Assembly (NCBI GenBank): GCA_002633005.1
Contig: NMRA01000384.1
Location: 366,845 to 430,844 of the forward strand
From: Phoronis australis
Lineage: Eukaryota; Animalia; Phoronida
Direction of reading: 5' to 3'
DNA length: 64,000 bases
Shown here: positions 1 to 12,600 of the stretch, in pieces
Position numbering within the stretch: the stretch's first letter is position 1
How the letters are laid out: each line of letters starts with the position of its first letter
Program-made: the position numbers and the translations under genes
The notes under the pieces: generated by a model
Database searches by the model: none
What the model saw: only the letters and a program-made list of their open reading frames with translations
Told to the model about the DNA's origin: nothing

Positions 1-653
1 TTTATTCATTAAAACATGAAAAGTTGAAAATTTTGAAGGAGTTGTTCAAATACAGGTTGGTGAGCAGTGGTTCTCTGGAATGTTTAATTTTTTATTAAAA
101 TTTTACCAGTAGTCTAAATTGTTCAGGCCTCCATCCTAACTGGTAGTGAATGAAAGCTGATCTACAAAGTTAACGTAATATTTTTCAAGGTAGAAACGAT
201 GGAAAACATGAGACAAATACGACAACACAAACCGGTACCCTGTTGGAGCATACCGTCAGGGAAAAAAATGGAAAACACAAAATATTTGCAGACAATGTTC
301 CAGTTATGTAAAAGTTTGGATAAGCTGTATCTCATCAGATTATGAAATTTATTTCTGGTGGTATTGTTCTCAAAATGTTCGATTTTAAAGGCGAAGGCAA
401 CCTTTTTTCATGTCATTTTGAGCTAAAATAAGGTTGGTTGGTTATCCTAGACATATTTTCCACTTAATTACAGCTTTTCGTAATTTTATTAATTACTTGT
501 CCTCTACTCCGGAAGTGACGTTTTAGGAGGCAAGCATTTCGCGCCAATTTCTTTTCATATAGTGTGACTGCGAGAGCTGCCGAGTCAGTCATTGTTCTAC
601 CTCAGTTGTGTTAACTTACGTCGTCGTTTGCTTTCATTTACTAGTCAGTCAAC

Positions 654-823
654 ATGCCACACTGTTGCTGCGTACCGGGATGTACTTATCGTCTCACAGG
701 CGCTTTCCGATGGATGACACACTTCGCCGTACTTGGCTCGTTCGTGTGAAGAATGCAGCATTACCCGTCCACGCAACGTACAAAGCAGTCGAGAATTATC
801 GTGTGTGTGGCAAGCACTTTCTG
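654..823 (+). pseudogene. THAP zinc-finger N-terminus of a transposase, frameshifted, running into the gap
   Basis: ATG at 654 gives MPHCCCVPGC. A different frame (ORF 608..1294) continues with RFPMDDTLRRTWLVRVK...YRVCGKHF. Together these supply the THAP C-x4-C...FP...W...C-x2-HF signature, with a frameshift near 690. Confidence 0.8.
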
Positions 824-1153
824 NNNNNNNNNNNNNNNNNNNNNNNNNNNNNNNNNNNNNNNNNNNNNNNNNNNNNNNNNNNNNNNNNNNNNNNNNNNNN
901 NNNNNNNNNNNNNNNNNNNNNNNNNNNNNNNNNNNNNNNNNNNNNNNNNNNNNNNNNNNNNNNNNNNNNNNNNNNNNNNNNNNNNNNNNNNNNNNNNNNN
1001 NNNNNNNNNNNNNNNNNNNNNNNNNNNNNNNNNNNNNNNNNNNNNNNNNNNNNNNNNNNNNNNNNNNNNNNNNNNNNNNNNNNNNNNNNNNNNNNNNNNN
1101 NNNNNNNNNNNNNNNNNNNNNNNNNNNNNNNNNNNNNNNNNNNNNNNNNNNNN

Positions 1154-1341
1154 ACAGTGCATTTGCACCAAGATGTGTCACCACGTCTGTCCTCAGTAGC
1201 CGCCTCGTTTCTCTCAACAGCTGCCTGTGCCTGTGCATACTCTGCCTCGTTATACTCGGGCTCAAACATGTACCCACCCACTGAATGTCCGTGAAAAAAT
1301 TCCTCATCACCACTGCTGTGAACAAGGTCTCCGTCACTCAC
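1154..1341 (-). pseudogene. Second transposon ORF, N-terminal fragment (KolX / P2X7-C-terminal-like Cys-rich protein)
   Basis: Translation SDGDLVHSSGDEEFFHGHSVGGYMFEPEYNE...RRGDTSWCKCT: acidic leader, YxFEP motif and R.G.T.WCxC, a pattern I recall from P2X7-ballast-like Zn-binding proteins. It converges on the THAP ORF and is cut by the gap. The upstream ATG near 1379 is out of frame. Confidence 0.6.
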
Positions 1342-3101
1342 ACTACGATACTGTGATACGGGTCACCGACTCCAGCCATTTTCAGCTTACAACACACTAA
1401 ACAATCCCTAAATCCAACGTAGTTGAGTACTCTACTAACCTATCTTGCCACAGAATACTCGCCGATGGAAAGTGGTGGCGACAATTGTTGAAAAACAGCA
1501 CAAAACAAAAGTAGAATAGAACAGATTCGCACGGTCAACGCAAAACCAAGTGGCGGGAAACGCTTGCCTCCTAAAACGTCACTTCCGGAGTAGAGGACGA
1601 GTAATTAATAAAATTACGAAAAGCAATTAAGTGGAAAATATGTCTAGGATAAACAACCAACCTTATTTTAGCTCAAAATGACATGAAAAAAAGTTGCCTT
1701 CGCCTTTAACAATAGGCTCAAATCATTAATTTCAAGTTAAGCTTTTCGTACAAATCAGGTTCAGGACTTTTAACCACAACAATGGAGGGCAACCAAAAAG
1801 GAGGGAAAAATTTAGAAACCACAACAAAAACTTTATGTTAGTTTTGTACAAGGAAAAGTAAGCACCGTTAACAAACAGTTTAGGTATGGATAATGTAACA
1901 AGAAACGAGGGTTCAAACCCCTTAAAAGAGCCAGAAGCACATTTAGCAAGGATTAAGAATCATACTTAACAACAGGGGTCACTCCAAATTAATTGAGAGC
2001 ACTCACTAAATAACTCACATGAGTGTAGTCAAGACTAGTCACGAGTGAAATTGGCCAGTTGTTAGAAATGAAAAACTAATATTGGGTAGATGAGAAATGG
2101 GCAGAACTTAATAAGAAAAAAGCACTAGATTGCAGCATGAATAAATTCAAATCAACCCTACAAGGGCAGAGCCAGTGGCAATGGTGATACCTGGTAGGGT
2201 TTCCCATTAAATCTACCGTAATCGATTCATCGCCCGTAAAGATTCCTTGAATTTTTTTGACAAACTGGATTAATTTTATTAACATTTTCTCACACTGTTC
2301 GATGTCATAAATAGATTTAGGGGTTGAAACGAAGTGAATAATAATCAGATTTCAGAAAGTCATAAACTTAATGAATTTTGTCATCGCTAAAAGGAATTCT
2401 AATTCACGTAAATTAATCTGATGCAGAATAGTATACAAAATGAACTAGAGATGATTCTTATTAGACGCACGGTTTGACTCAGATTTTTCCAACTCAATCG
2501 CTGTTTTTATGGTGTTGTACAATCTATGACGTGGACTCAGATGTCAAAAGATTTTTTCCAACGACGTAACGTCAACAAAATAAAAAATAAAAATAAAAAA
2601 GGGCATATTTTACAGGTGTATGCCCATGTCTCATAACCCGGTCGCCAATAAACCATCGAGTAAGCTCTCTGACAATCTGCAGGCTACCTGGTAGGTGACC
2701 AGAGAACTATTACCTGCCCAGTTCTTCTTTTAGTCAGATTGGCTCAGCATTTTCATGTTCTACAGGAATATAATCTACAAAGTTCTTTGGTCATCTTGGA
2801 CCATCTAAGGTGTGAGTAAAACTGCCGCCCAATTTCAACAGTCGTATGAATGAAATGCACACAATAGGAGTTCGTGGTATTCGCACATCACTAGTAAAAG
2901 TCAAGATGCCAGAGAGAATCGACAAACACTACTCCTATATAATGCACGCCAAAAGTAATCAGACAAGAGACTGTGCCCCGGTCATGACGTGCAATGGCCA
3001 ATAATGGCGGGTCATTCTAGCAACTCTGATGGGGAATTCCACTGGCCATAAGCCATCTTAATGGATAGGTGGCGCTCAGCAGTCATGGCTGGGAATAACA
3101 C

Positions 3102-3345
3102 GGGTCAGTTTCATGAAAGGGACAGAAGAATTAAGACAGAAGTTTAGTCTTACGCTCCCATTTCACAATTGCTGTAAAAGTTTAGCCGTGTAATTACAGC
3201 AACTAGCCGGGTAATTACAGCAACTAGCCGCTATGTGCATATTTTCAGACAATGTGAATTTTCGCTCAAACGAGATTTATTTACTTTTCAAAAAACGTTG
3301 AGTGGAGCATAAGACCACTTTAAGTCACTTTCATTGAACGGGCCC
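3102..3345. mobile_element. Degenerate MITE (Harbinger/Tourist-like TIRs)
   Basis: Left GGGTCAGTTTCATGAAAGGGAC pairs with right GTCACTTTCATTGAACGGGCCC; internal 21-bp tandem duplication at 3183-3230. Similar TIR ends at ~15935-16110, ~42750-42830 and ~63110-63150. Confidence 0.45.
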
Positions 3346-3657
3346 CACATAATTTTGTCTGATCATTTTTTGGAATGTACAGTACAATGGCAATATTCTA
3401 CTGAAGCGAGTCATGGTAATTGATAGTTGGGAGAAACGGAAATTTAATAACTATGCCTCAAGAAACTCAATACGACTAATTCACGGTAATGAATACATTT
3501 GGGTTATCCACTATCTAAGCATAGTTGGTTTTATTTCTGTAAGCAATTTAAACAAAGGAAAAATCCAAGTCAAGTTCTGTGTTTAATGATTCGTAACAAG
3601 GGTTGTTGTCAACTGGTGGAGAAACTAAACGTGATAAACAATAATTATTATTTTTAC

Positions 3658-6600
3658 CTGTTCTTCATACTTTTCCAACCTGGTTCTGCTTTCTGCTAGT
3701 TTTGTTTCGACCTGTTCCACTTCCTCCCGCAACACTCCCTCTTCTTCTCGAAGTGCTGAATAGCGAGACTCAACCTCATCGAGTCTACAAGAAACAGGAA
3801 TAACATTATCAAGGTCATCAAAACCACAAGCAAAGATAAAAATGCAAGTGCTCAAGGTCATTTGGAAAAAAAGATTGTCAGTGACCTTGTGTAATCTGAT
3901 CTCATGGTTTTGTCTCAAAGCAAGAGAAATGATTCTTCATACTAAACATTCAGTTGTAAGATTTCAAAAAAATGTACAATTAACGCAACTTTCCAATTGA
4001 TTAGACACAGGCACTTAATTTGTACATCCTCTGGTTTCACAAAAAAATCTAGACTTCCAGTTATCTACACATCATCGACTCAATAAGTTTAATTGACAAT
4101 ATAGCACACTTAGCTGTTCTCTAACAATAAACAACAGAAAGAATAACGGTCTGTGTTAACCATCTATAGTTGACTGCCGTTAAATTCAATCGTTTGTTCC
4201 TTAGCGATTGGCAAAGGGATAAGTGATTAAGATTTTTACAATGCGCTGAGGTCCATTGCGCTATAAATGAGCATGGTATGTTACATCTGGCTTTTTTCTT
4301 ATTTAATTTAATTTGTAAAGAAACAAGTTTATTATGGCAATGACTACTGTCCCTGAAGCAAACTTCAACAGTGGTTACAAATCTGCACAAGTTACCCCTG
4401 AATTCAAAATAAGTTAAAGATTATGTAGGGCTTCATTGATAAGACTGCGTATTGATCCAAATGTCTATATAATATAAACATTTTATATATTTTCTAAAGG
4501 TAGGCAGATTGAAGAATTTGATATCTCACTTCGTACCAAACTGCCATTATCTGGGTCACATCTTTATGGTGAAGTATAGTAAACAAGAAACAAACAAAAG
4601 GTACATTTGATAGCATGACAAAAGTATCAATAATATGATCACGATAAAATCTCAAAAACGCTGCCACGGTTCTCTAAAATGTCATTTTATCAATATGGTT
4701 TCGTTTCATGCAATTTTAGAATTTTTCATAAAAATCGAATACCCAATTTTTATTGGTCCTCGTAAAAGTGAAACGCTTCAGAAACAATACAATTTCATTT
4801 TAAATGAAAACGACGCTTATTCACACCTTACAACATTTGTTTTGGTCGTCATTCTTGTAATTTCCCCCCCCCCTCTGCATAAGGTCATCAACTGGCTAAT
4901 AGTGATCCACATATTTACACTCTAAAATTTGTCTATTTAGCGCTGAAGGGAAAGGCGATATTGTGTACTTATGCATACACATAATTATATAAATATACAA
5001 TTCCTAACAATTTTTTTGGAGAACACCATCTGACGCTCAATATCGGAAAGCTTCATAGTTACAAATCTAATCAGTCATTTCTGAGATGCGACGTTCTGAA
5101 GTTTGGCCCTACAATACATTAGAGATGTTCAGAGGCTCTTAAGGAGTTTACTCCCTTTGAGTGATACTAACCCGAGGTGGTTCTCAAAATAATTTACCCC
5201 GTTGAGTGATCCCAACCCGAGGTCATAACATACCTCTGAGAGGATTTTTTGAGCTTGGCATCAATCGTCCTGAACTCAGCATCTTTGGCAATTATAATCT
5301 AAAAGTAATAAGTTATAGTTAACAGAGTGTTTGCCAGTTACAATAAAAAGATACAGTACTTTCATCTTGTGCCCATACCAAATGATCATCTCCACTCTAT
5401 GTTATGGAGAAGCAAGTTAAAGAAATAACAACTATTAGACAAGCAATAATCTTAAACTGGTCTGGAAAAGAATATAGATCACAGACATTTCTAAGTATTG
5501 ATCTGCACGCCACCTATTGGCCACATAGGTGGCATGCAGACCAGACTAAAAAATGTTTGTGATCTATTAGATATGTAAAAAAAAAACAATTAAAGCATTC
5601 GATAAATACTCTCATTTGGGTGTTGATGATAAAATGCCTCACACAAAAATGTCAACACCGACATGAGGACGTTGTTTGACATGCAACCTGAGAATATGCA
5701 TTTGAGCAAGAAGGAACGTTGATGCACCAGCACCACCTAGTGAATGCAATTCCTCATCAACCTTTTACTTCGTACCTTATTGATTTCCTTCACAGTCATC
5801 TCCATCTGGTTCCGCCTCCCTTCCAATGTCTTGACCTCTGACCTTATGGACTCCAACTCGTCTTGAGCTCGCACCAGCTGAACGCTGGCCTCCTCTACTC
5901 TTGCCTCTAGTTCCACCGAGTCCTGCACAGTGGCACTGTACTTCTGCTGGGCGTCATCGTACTTCTGCACAGTGTCCTGGGCCTAATTGGAAAATTAAGA
6001 CACTAGCGAGAGACAAAATGCAACTACCACGGACGATAATACGAAAAATCCTAACGATTAATTTTGAATTTACGTAACGTGCATTCACTCACAATGTACA
6101 GAAAGAACCAGACTAGAGCGGCAGTAGCCTCCATTAACATGACTTAGTCTAATAGTTCTATTCAAGCAGCTACCTGCCTTTCATTACACACTGTTCCTGC
6201 TGGTCTCAGATTGTTCCTTTGAGTAAAAATAGATGATTTCTGGGATTGGAAATAAGTGACAGTTCCTTATTGATTGAGACTTAGGCTCTTGAAGCTGGCT
6301 TGTCAAGGCGTGTCTCAAGCAGTACTGGTCTGTTAGTAATATGCAAGACTACCTCGGCAGAGTAACGAACACGTGGAGACCAATTTTGTGGCCAACAGTC
6401 ACTTAAGATATAAAATGAAGCGCCAACGGGTTCTTAAATGAGTACCTTTCTGCGCATAGAAATGTGTTTGATCTACTGAACACTTTTGCTTAATCTACGC
6501 ATAAATTTAATCAGTTTGTATAGTCCAATCACACCTGTGATCTCAAATTAATTAAGAGCAGAACTATGATCATTTAAGAACTAAAAGTACGTGTAGAACA

Positions 6601-9600
6601 AGCAAAAGTATGTCTACCTTTAATCATGCGTACTTTTACACCAAGATTAGACAAAATCTGAGCATAAATTAAGCGAAAGTACCTGTAGATTAATAAGCAT
6701 GAGGTACTCGTTTAAGAACCCTTTGGTGCTTTATACTTTATAAGGGGGTTCACGTTTTGAGAACCAGTTTAATGCACATTCTCCAGTAGATGAAACTGGT
6801 TCTCAAAATGCAGGGCCCCAGAAAGTGACTAATACCATAAGTCATCTACTCAAAAAAATTCTTTTTTACCACGCAACACAGGTTTATTTCTGCTTTCACC
6901 AATCAATAAGTTCGACTTTAGTCAAAATTACAGACATTTTCCTCCAACAAATTAACACTCGACCTCAACTGACCGCTCCTACATCACTCACTCGACCTCA
7001 ACTGACCGCTCCTACATCACTCACTTGTTTTCTTGCCTCGTCTAAATCTTGTTCACATTCGTGCAGTAGTTCGTCTGCCGCTCTTAACTCCGCCCGACGT
7101 TTTGCAATGGTTTCCTCCAGACAGTGTATCTCGTCTTGCAAATACTGACGACGGTCTTCGCTGATCTCTTCATCATCATCGTAATCAGAGTTTGTCGTGT
7201 CAAAGTCACGCCTTCCCTCCAAGAATTCTCTTTAAATTTGAGTACCAGTAGATATTCAATAAATGTAATAGAACAATCACTTCCATAATCACTAATACTT
7301 CAACTGTCATGGAACATTTGAAACGTGTATAGCTGTTATTACANTATAAACATTTTATATAATATAAACATTTTATATATTTTCTAAAGGTAGGCAGATT
7401 GAAGAACTTGATATCTCACTTCTTACCAAACTGCCATTATCTGGGTCACATCTTTATGGTGAAGTTTAGTAAACAAGAAACAAAAGTTAACAAAAGGTAC
7501 ATTTGATAGCATAACAGTATCAATAATATGATCAAGATAAAATCTCAAAAAAGCTGCCACAGTTCTCTATAATGTCATTTTATCAATATGGTTTCGATTC
7601 ATGCAATATTAGAATTTTTCATAAAAATCGAATACCCAATTTTTATTGGTCCTCGTCAAAGTGAAACGCTTCAGAAACAATACAATTTCATTTTAAATGG
7701 AGTACGACGTATATTCACACCTTACAACATTTGTTTTGGTCGTCATTCTTGTAATTTCCCCCCCCTCTGCATAGGGTCATCAACTGGCTAATAGTGATCC
7801 ACATATTTTAGCACTGAAGAGAAAGGCGATATTGAGTACTTATCCATATAAATATATAATTCCTAACAATTTTTTTGGAGAACACCATCTGACGCTCAAT
7901 ATCTGAAAGCTTCATAGTTATGAATCTAATCAGTCATTTCTGAGATGCGACGTTCTGAAGTTTGGCCCTACAATACATTAGAGATGTTCAGTGGCTCTTA
8001 ATGAGTTTACTCCCTTTGAGTGATAGTAACCCGAGGTAGTTCTCAAAATAATTTACCCCGCTGAGTGATCCCAACCCGAGGTCATAACATACCTATGAGA
8101 GGATTTTTTGAGCTTGGCATCAATCGTCCTGAACTCAGCATCTTTGGCAATTATAATCTAAAAGTAATAAGTTATAATTAACAGAGTGTTTGCCAGTTAC
8201 AATAAAAAGATACAGTACTTTCTTCTTGTGCACATACCAAATGATCATCTCCACTCTATGTTATGGAGAAGCAAGCTAAAGAAATAACAACTATTAGACA
8301 AGCAATAATCTTAAAGTGGTGTGGAAAAGAATATAGATCACAGACATTTCTAAGTATTGATCTGCACGCCACCTATTGGCCACATAGGTGGCATGCAGAC
8401 CAGACTAAAAAATGTTTGTGATCTATTAGATAGGAAAAAACAATTAAAGCATTCAATAAATACTCTCATTTAGGTGTTAAAATGCCTCACACAAAAATGT
8501 TAACACCGGCATGAGGACGTTGGTAAGGCATGTTTGGCATGCAACCTGAGAATATGCATTAATAGAGCAAGAAGGAACGTGGCTGCACCAGCACCACCTA
8601 GTGAATGCAATTCCTCATCAACCTTTTACTTCGTACCTTATTGATTTCCTTCACAGTCATCTCCATCTGGTTCCGCCTCCCTTCCAATGTCTTGACCTCT
8701 GACCTTATGGACTCCAACTCGTCTTGAGCTCGCACCAACTGAACGCTGGCCTCCTCTACTCTTGCCTCTAGTTCCACCGAGTCCTGCACGGTGGCACTGT
8801 ACTTCTGCTGGGCGTCATCGTACTTCTGCACAGTGTCCTGGGCCTAATTGGAAAATTAAGACACTAGCGAGAGACAAAATGCAACTACCACGGACGATAA
8901 TGCAAAAAATCCTAACGATTAATTTTGAATTGACGTACCGTGCATTCACTCACAATGTACAGAAAGAACCAGACTAGAGCGGCAGTGGCCTCCATTAACA
9001 TGACTAATAGTTCTATTCAAGCAGCTACCTGCCTTTCATTACACACTGTTCTTGCTGTAGGTCTCAGATTGTTCCTTTAAGTAAAAATAGACAATTTCTA
9101 GGATTTGAAATAAGTGACAGTTCGTTATTGATTGAGACTTAGGCTCTTCAAGCTGGCTTGTCAAGGCGTGTCTCAAGCAGTACTGGTCTGTTAGTAATAT
9201 GCAAGACTACCTCGGCAGAGTAACGAACACGTGGAGACCAATTTTGTGGCCAACAGTCACATATAAAATGAAGCGCCAAAGGGTTCTTAAATGGCAGAGT
9301 ACCTATCTGCGCATAAAAATGTGTTTGATCTACTGAACACTTTTGCTTAATCTACGCAATCAGTTTGTATAGTCCAATCACACCTGTGATCTCAAATTAA
9401 TTAAGAGCAGAACTATGATCATTTAAGAACTAAAAGTACGTGTAGAACAAGCAAAAGTATGCCTACCTTTAATCATGCGTACTTTTACACCAAGATTAGA
9501 CAAAATCAGCATAAATTAAGCAAAAGTACCTGTAGATTAATAAGTATGAGGTACTCGTTTAAGAACCCCTTGGTGCTTCATACTTTATAAGGGGTGTTCA

Positions 9601-12600
9601 CGTTTTGAGAACCAGTTTAATGCACATTCTCCAGTAGATGAAACTGGTTCTCAAAATGCAGGGCCCCAGAAAGTGACTATTATCGTAAGTCATCTACTCA
9701 AAAAAAATTTTTTTTTGCCACGCAACACAAGTTTATTGCTGCTTTCACCAATCAATAAGTTTGACTTTAGTCAAAATTACGGACATTTTCCTCCAACAAA
9801 TTAACACTGGACCTCAACTGACCCCTCCTACATCACTCACTCGACCTCAACTGACCCCTCCTACATCACTCACTCGACCTCAACTGACCGCTCCAACATC
9901 ACTCACGTGTTTTCTTGCCTCGTCTAAATCTTGTTCACATTCGTGCAGTAGTTCGTCTGCCGCTCTTAACTCCGCCCGACGTTTTGCAATGGTTTCCTCC
10001 AGACAGCATATCTCGTCTTGCAAATACTGACGACGGTCTTCGCTGATCTCTTCATCATCATCGTAATCAGAGTTTGTCGTGTCAAAGTCACGCCTTCCCT
10101 CCAAGAATTCTCTTTAAATTTGAGTACCAGTAGATATTCAATAAATGTAATAGAACAATCACTTCCATAATCACTAATACTTCAACTGCCATGTAACATT
10201 TGAAACGTGTATAGCTGTTATTACATTGCAACACTGGCTATCATTTTAAAATCCAGTTTCAATGTAAAATGATACACATTTCATTTTACTTAATACTGTA
10301 AAATTTCTAAAAATTCAAGACACAAAATGGCAGACAAGTCAAAATTTATTTCCTTATTTTTTCATAAAAGATATGCAACATCAAATAAATGCTTTACCAA
10401 GTTCAAGGCTGGTACCATAGCAACCAAGAGAAAAATTTAAAAAATGTGGGCATTCACAACAATGTTAAGACTTAGAAAAACAAAAAAGGCATTTTTTTTT
10501 CTCCGAAGTTGGTGACATTTTATAATAATGTAAAACCTTAAATTACCTGAAATGACTACATCACAACTTTATGTGTGGTATTTTCTCTCCTAAGTACTTA
10601 TCTACTGCAGAAATGCATACTAAATAAGTGCAGTATTTTCCAGCCCTTTCGGTATTTCATTGGATTTGCCCATGTTTCTTTCTTATAACAAAAGTATAGC
10701 TTTGTGAAAAATAGGTATTCACGTCAACGCCAACGCTCACCTAAGCATCAATCAGCAATTTGCCAAAGCTTTAAAATCCGATTTGGTTAACACATGTGAG
10801 TGTCGTGCTCTTGAGTAAAGAGTGATGTGCTTTCAAAATAACGTGGAAACTATTAATTTTGAGTTGTGGATACCATTGAATTGCAGCTGAGAACACTGCA
10901 ACCCTTCAATGGCTTTTCCAATCTCAGTTTTGATAATGGCACTTACCAATACCAGAGCCAACCACCGACTTGCAGACTGAGGCAAAGTTTTAAAAGAGAA
11001 TTACTTTTGATGTTTTTTATAAAACAAATTCATGTCTACCTTTACTCCATTCCAAAGACACAGACAGGCATGGCGACATCACTTGGTATCGCATGAATTA
11101 TCTATTTTTCCATTATTATTATGATTGTACAAATGACCTCCTTTCCATAGGTGGCGAATATGCAGACACATCAGAGACCAATATTGATGTTAGTATAGGC
11201 TAGATAATTAAGCTATTGATTAGCCATCATGCGCTTCTTTACAATGTCGGTTTTAGAAACAGTTCAAAAGAATTTTCAAGTGGAGAATAAAAGAACAAAT
11301 TTCAAGATTCAACTTGATATCAAGCTAAATAATTTGAATTTTTTTCGTACAAAACACCGAACATCCACAACGTAATGGATAAATTTCTCAACAAAAATAC
11401 CCTACAGGAAAATTTGTTTTGCTTTTAGCATGATTTGCATAGGATAGCTATTACCAAACAACAAGACTGTGGTAAAATGTTAAGCCTCTGAAAATTAGAT
11501 ATATGTCAATCTTATCAATTACTCTTGTCCCAAATGGAAGATTTTTTTACCAAAGTATGCCCCTCCACTAGTAACGGCCTGAGTATCATTAACAACTAGT
11601 TGGGAGGCAATCCCTCACTATTGTCTCACCTCTTTCTCCTCCGTCTTTCTTCTTGTCGCTCTTTCTGCCTCTTCTGACTGGTCTTCAGATCTTCTAGCTC
11701 TTGCAGTGCCCTCTTTTGGCTGTGACCCAGTTCCACCTCAACATCTTGCATCCGCCTCAAGTTGACCTTCTGCTGCTCTATAGCTAGGTCAAGCCCTTCC
11801 AACTCACGCCGACGGCTCTGAACAAAATGGAACAATAAACGTCTAAAACACAGACTGAGCTACATCTTATCCAATAATGACATCCCAGGATTTGCTACAG
11901 AATCAGTGCAGTAATGTGAGATTAAATTATAGCAAGCTCACCTTTGAACCGATTACAAAGTGTGACATTATCGGAGGTAAAACCTTTTTTTCTTAAATCA
12001 GCCCCAGCTCGAATTTGAACTGTGAACTTTCGCGTTCACAGCCAAACGCTCTACTGACGAGCTAAATCACACTTGATAAATGACCAATGAATTCAAGCGT
12101 ATTTAACTAGTAAAGTCACCGATGTTGATTTCACAATTATAAAAACTCTATCCCATCCAACACTGAACCCCAATAATGTAATGTGCTTTGGCCACAAAAA
12201 TGTCCCAGGCCTGTAGTTCACTGCAATGCCACTGAAGTTTCTCATAATTGTTGGTGCCTTGCTTTTTCAAGCTTTTTCCCAACTACAATAACTATATTTG
12301 ACCTTCCAATGCCAGCGAAGTTTTACTGCTAAGCCATGGGCAGCAACTCCGATGTCAAAAAGTGGGATGAACTTGAAGAGCAGATGCTATTGATGTGATA
12401 TTTTCTGACACGATTCCTAGAATCAGCCCGACAATTCTCAAACGAGGACATTGTAACAACACGTTTTTCTACCTTCATGGCAAAGGAGATTTCTATCAGG
12501 TACTGTTCTATTCCACAAAAATTGACAATTATCTTAATAATTCCTAAGGTCTGTTTCAAAACAAATCTTATTGCTTTGAAGACTATGAATTTTTATTTTG

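Larger units (their letters stand above)
389..1705. mobile_element. Kolobok-like DNA transposon (degenerate or internally deleted; centre hidden by N gap 824-1153)
   Basis: ~155-bp near-perfect terminal inverted repeats (389-546 AGGCGAAGGCAAC...GCGCCA; 1551-1705 TGGCG...GTTGCCTTCGCCT), TTAA on both flanks (385-388, 1706-1709), purine-purine (AG) start, and an internal THAP ORF facing a second ORF. TTAA TSD + RR terminus + THAP transposase + second protein fit Kolobok; piggyBac starts with CC/YY. Confidence 0.8.
4467..10225. repeat. ~2.88-kb tandem duplication (4467-7343 / 7345-10225) containing three CNTRL exons
   Basis: Highly similar copies with scattered SNPs and small indels; a single N at the junction (7344). 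Confidence 0.95.

Noticed and set aside
608-1341. Six long overlapping ORFs
   Set aside because: Their length comes from reading through the N gap; only the THAP and Cys-rich fragments are meaningful.
2714-2759. Exon-like segment on the minus strand (tag...gtaata) as the next CNTRL exon
   Set aside because: Stop codons in all three frames.
11999-12066. Functional tRNA-His gene
   Set aside because: Acceptor, anticodon and T stems do not pair properly; treated as a SINE or pseudogene.
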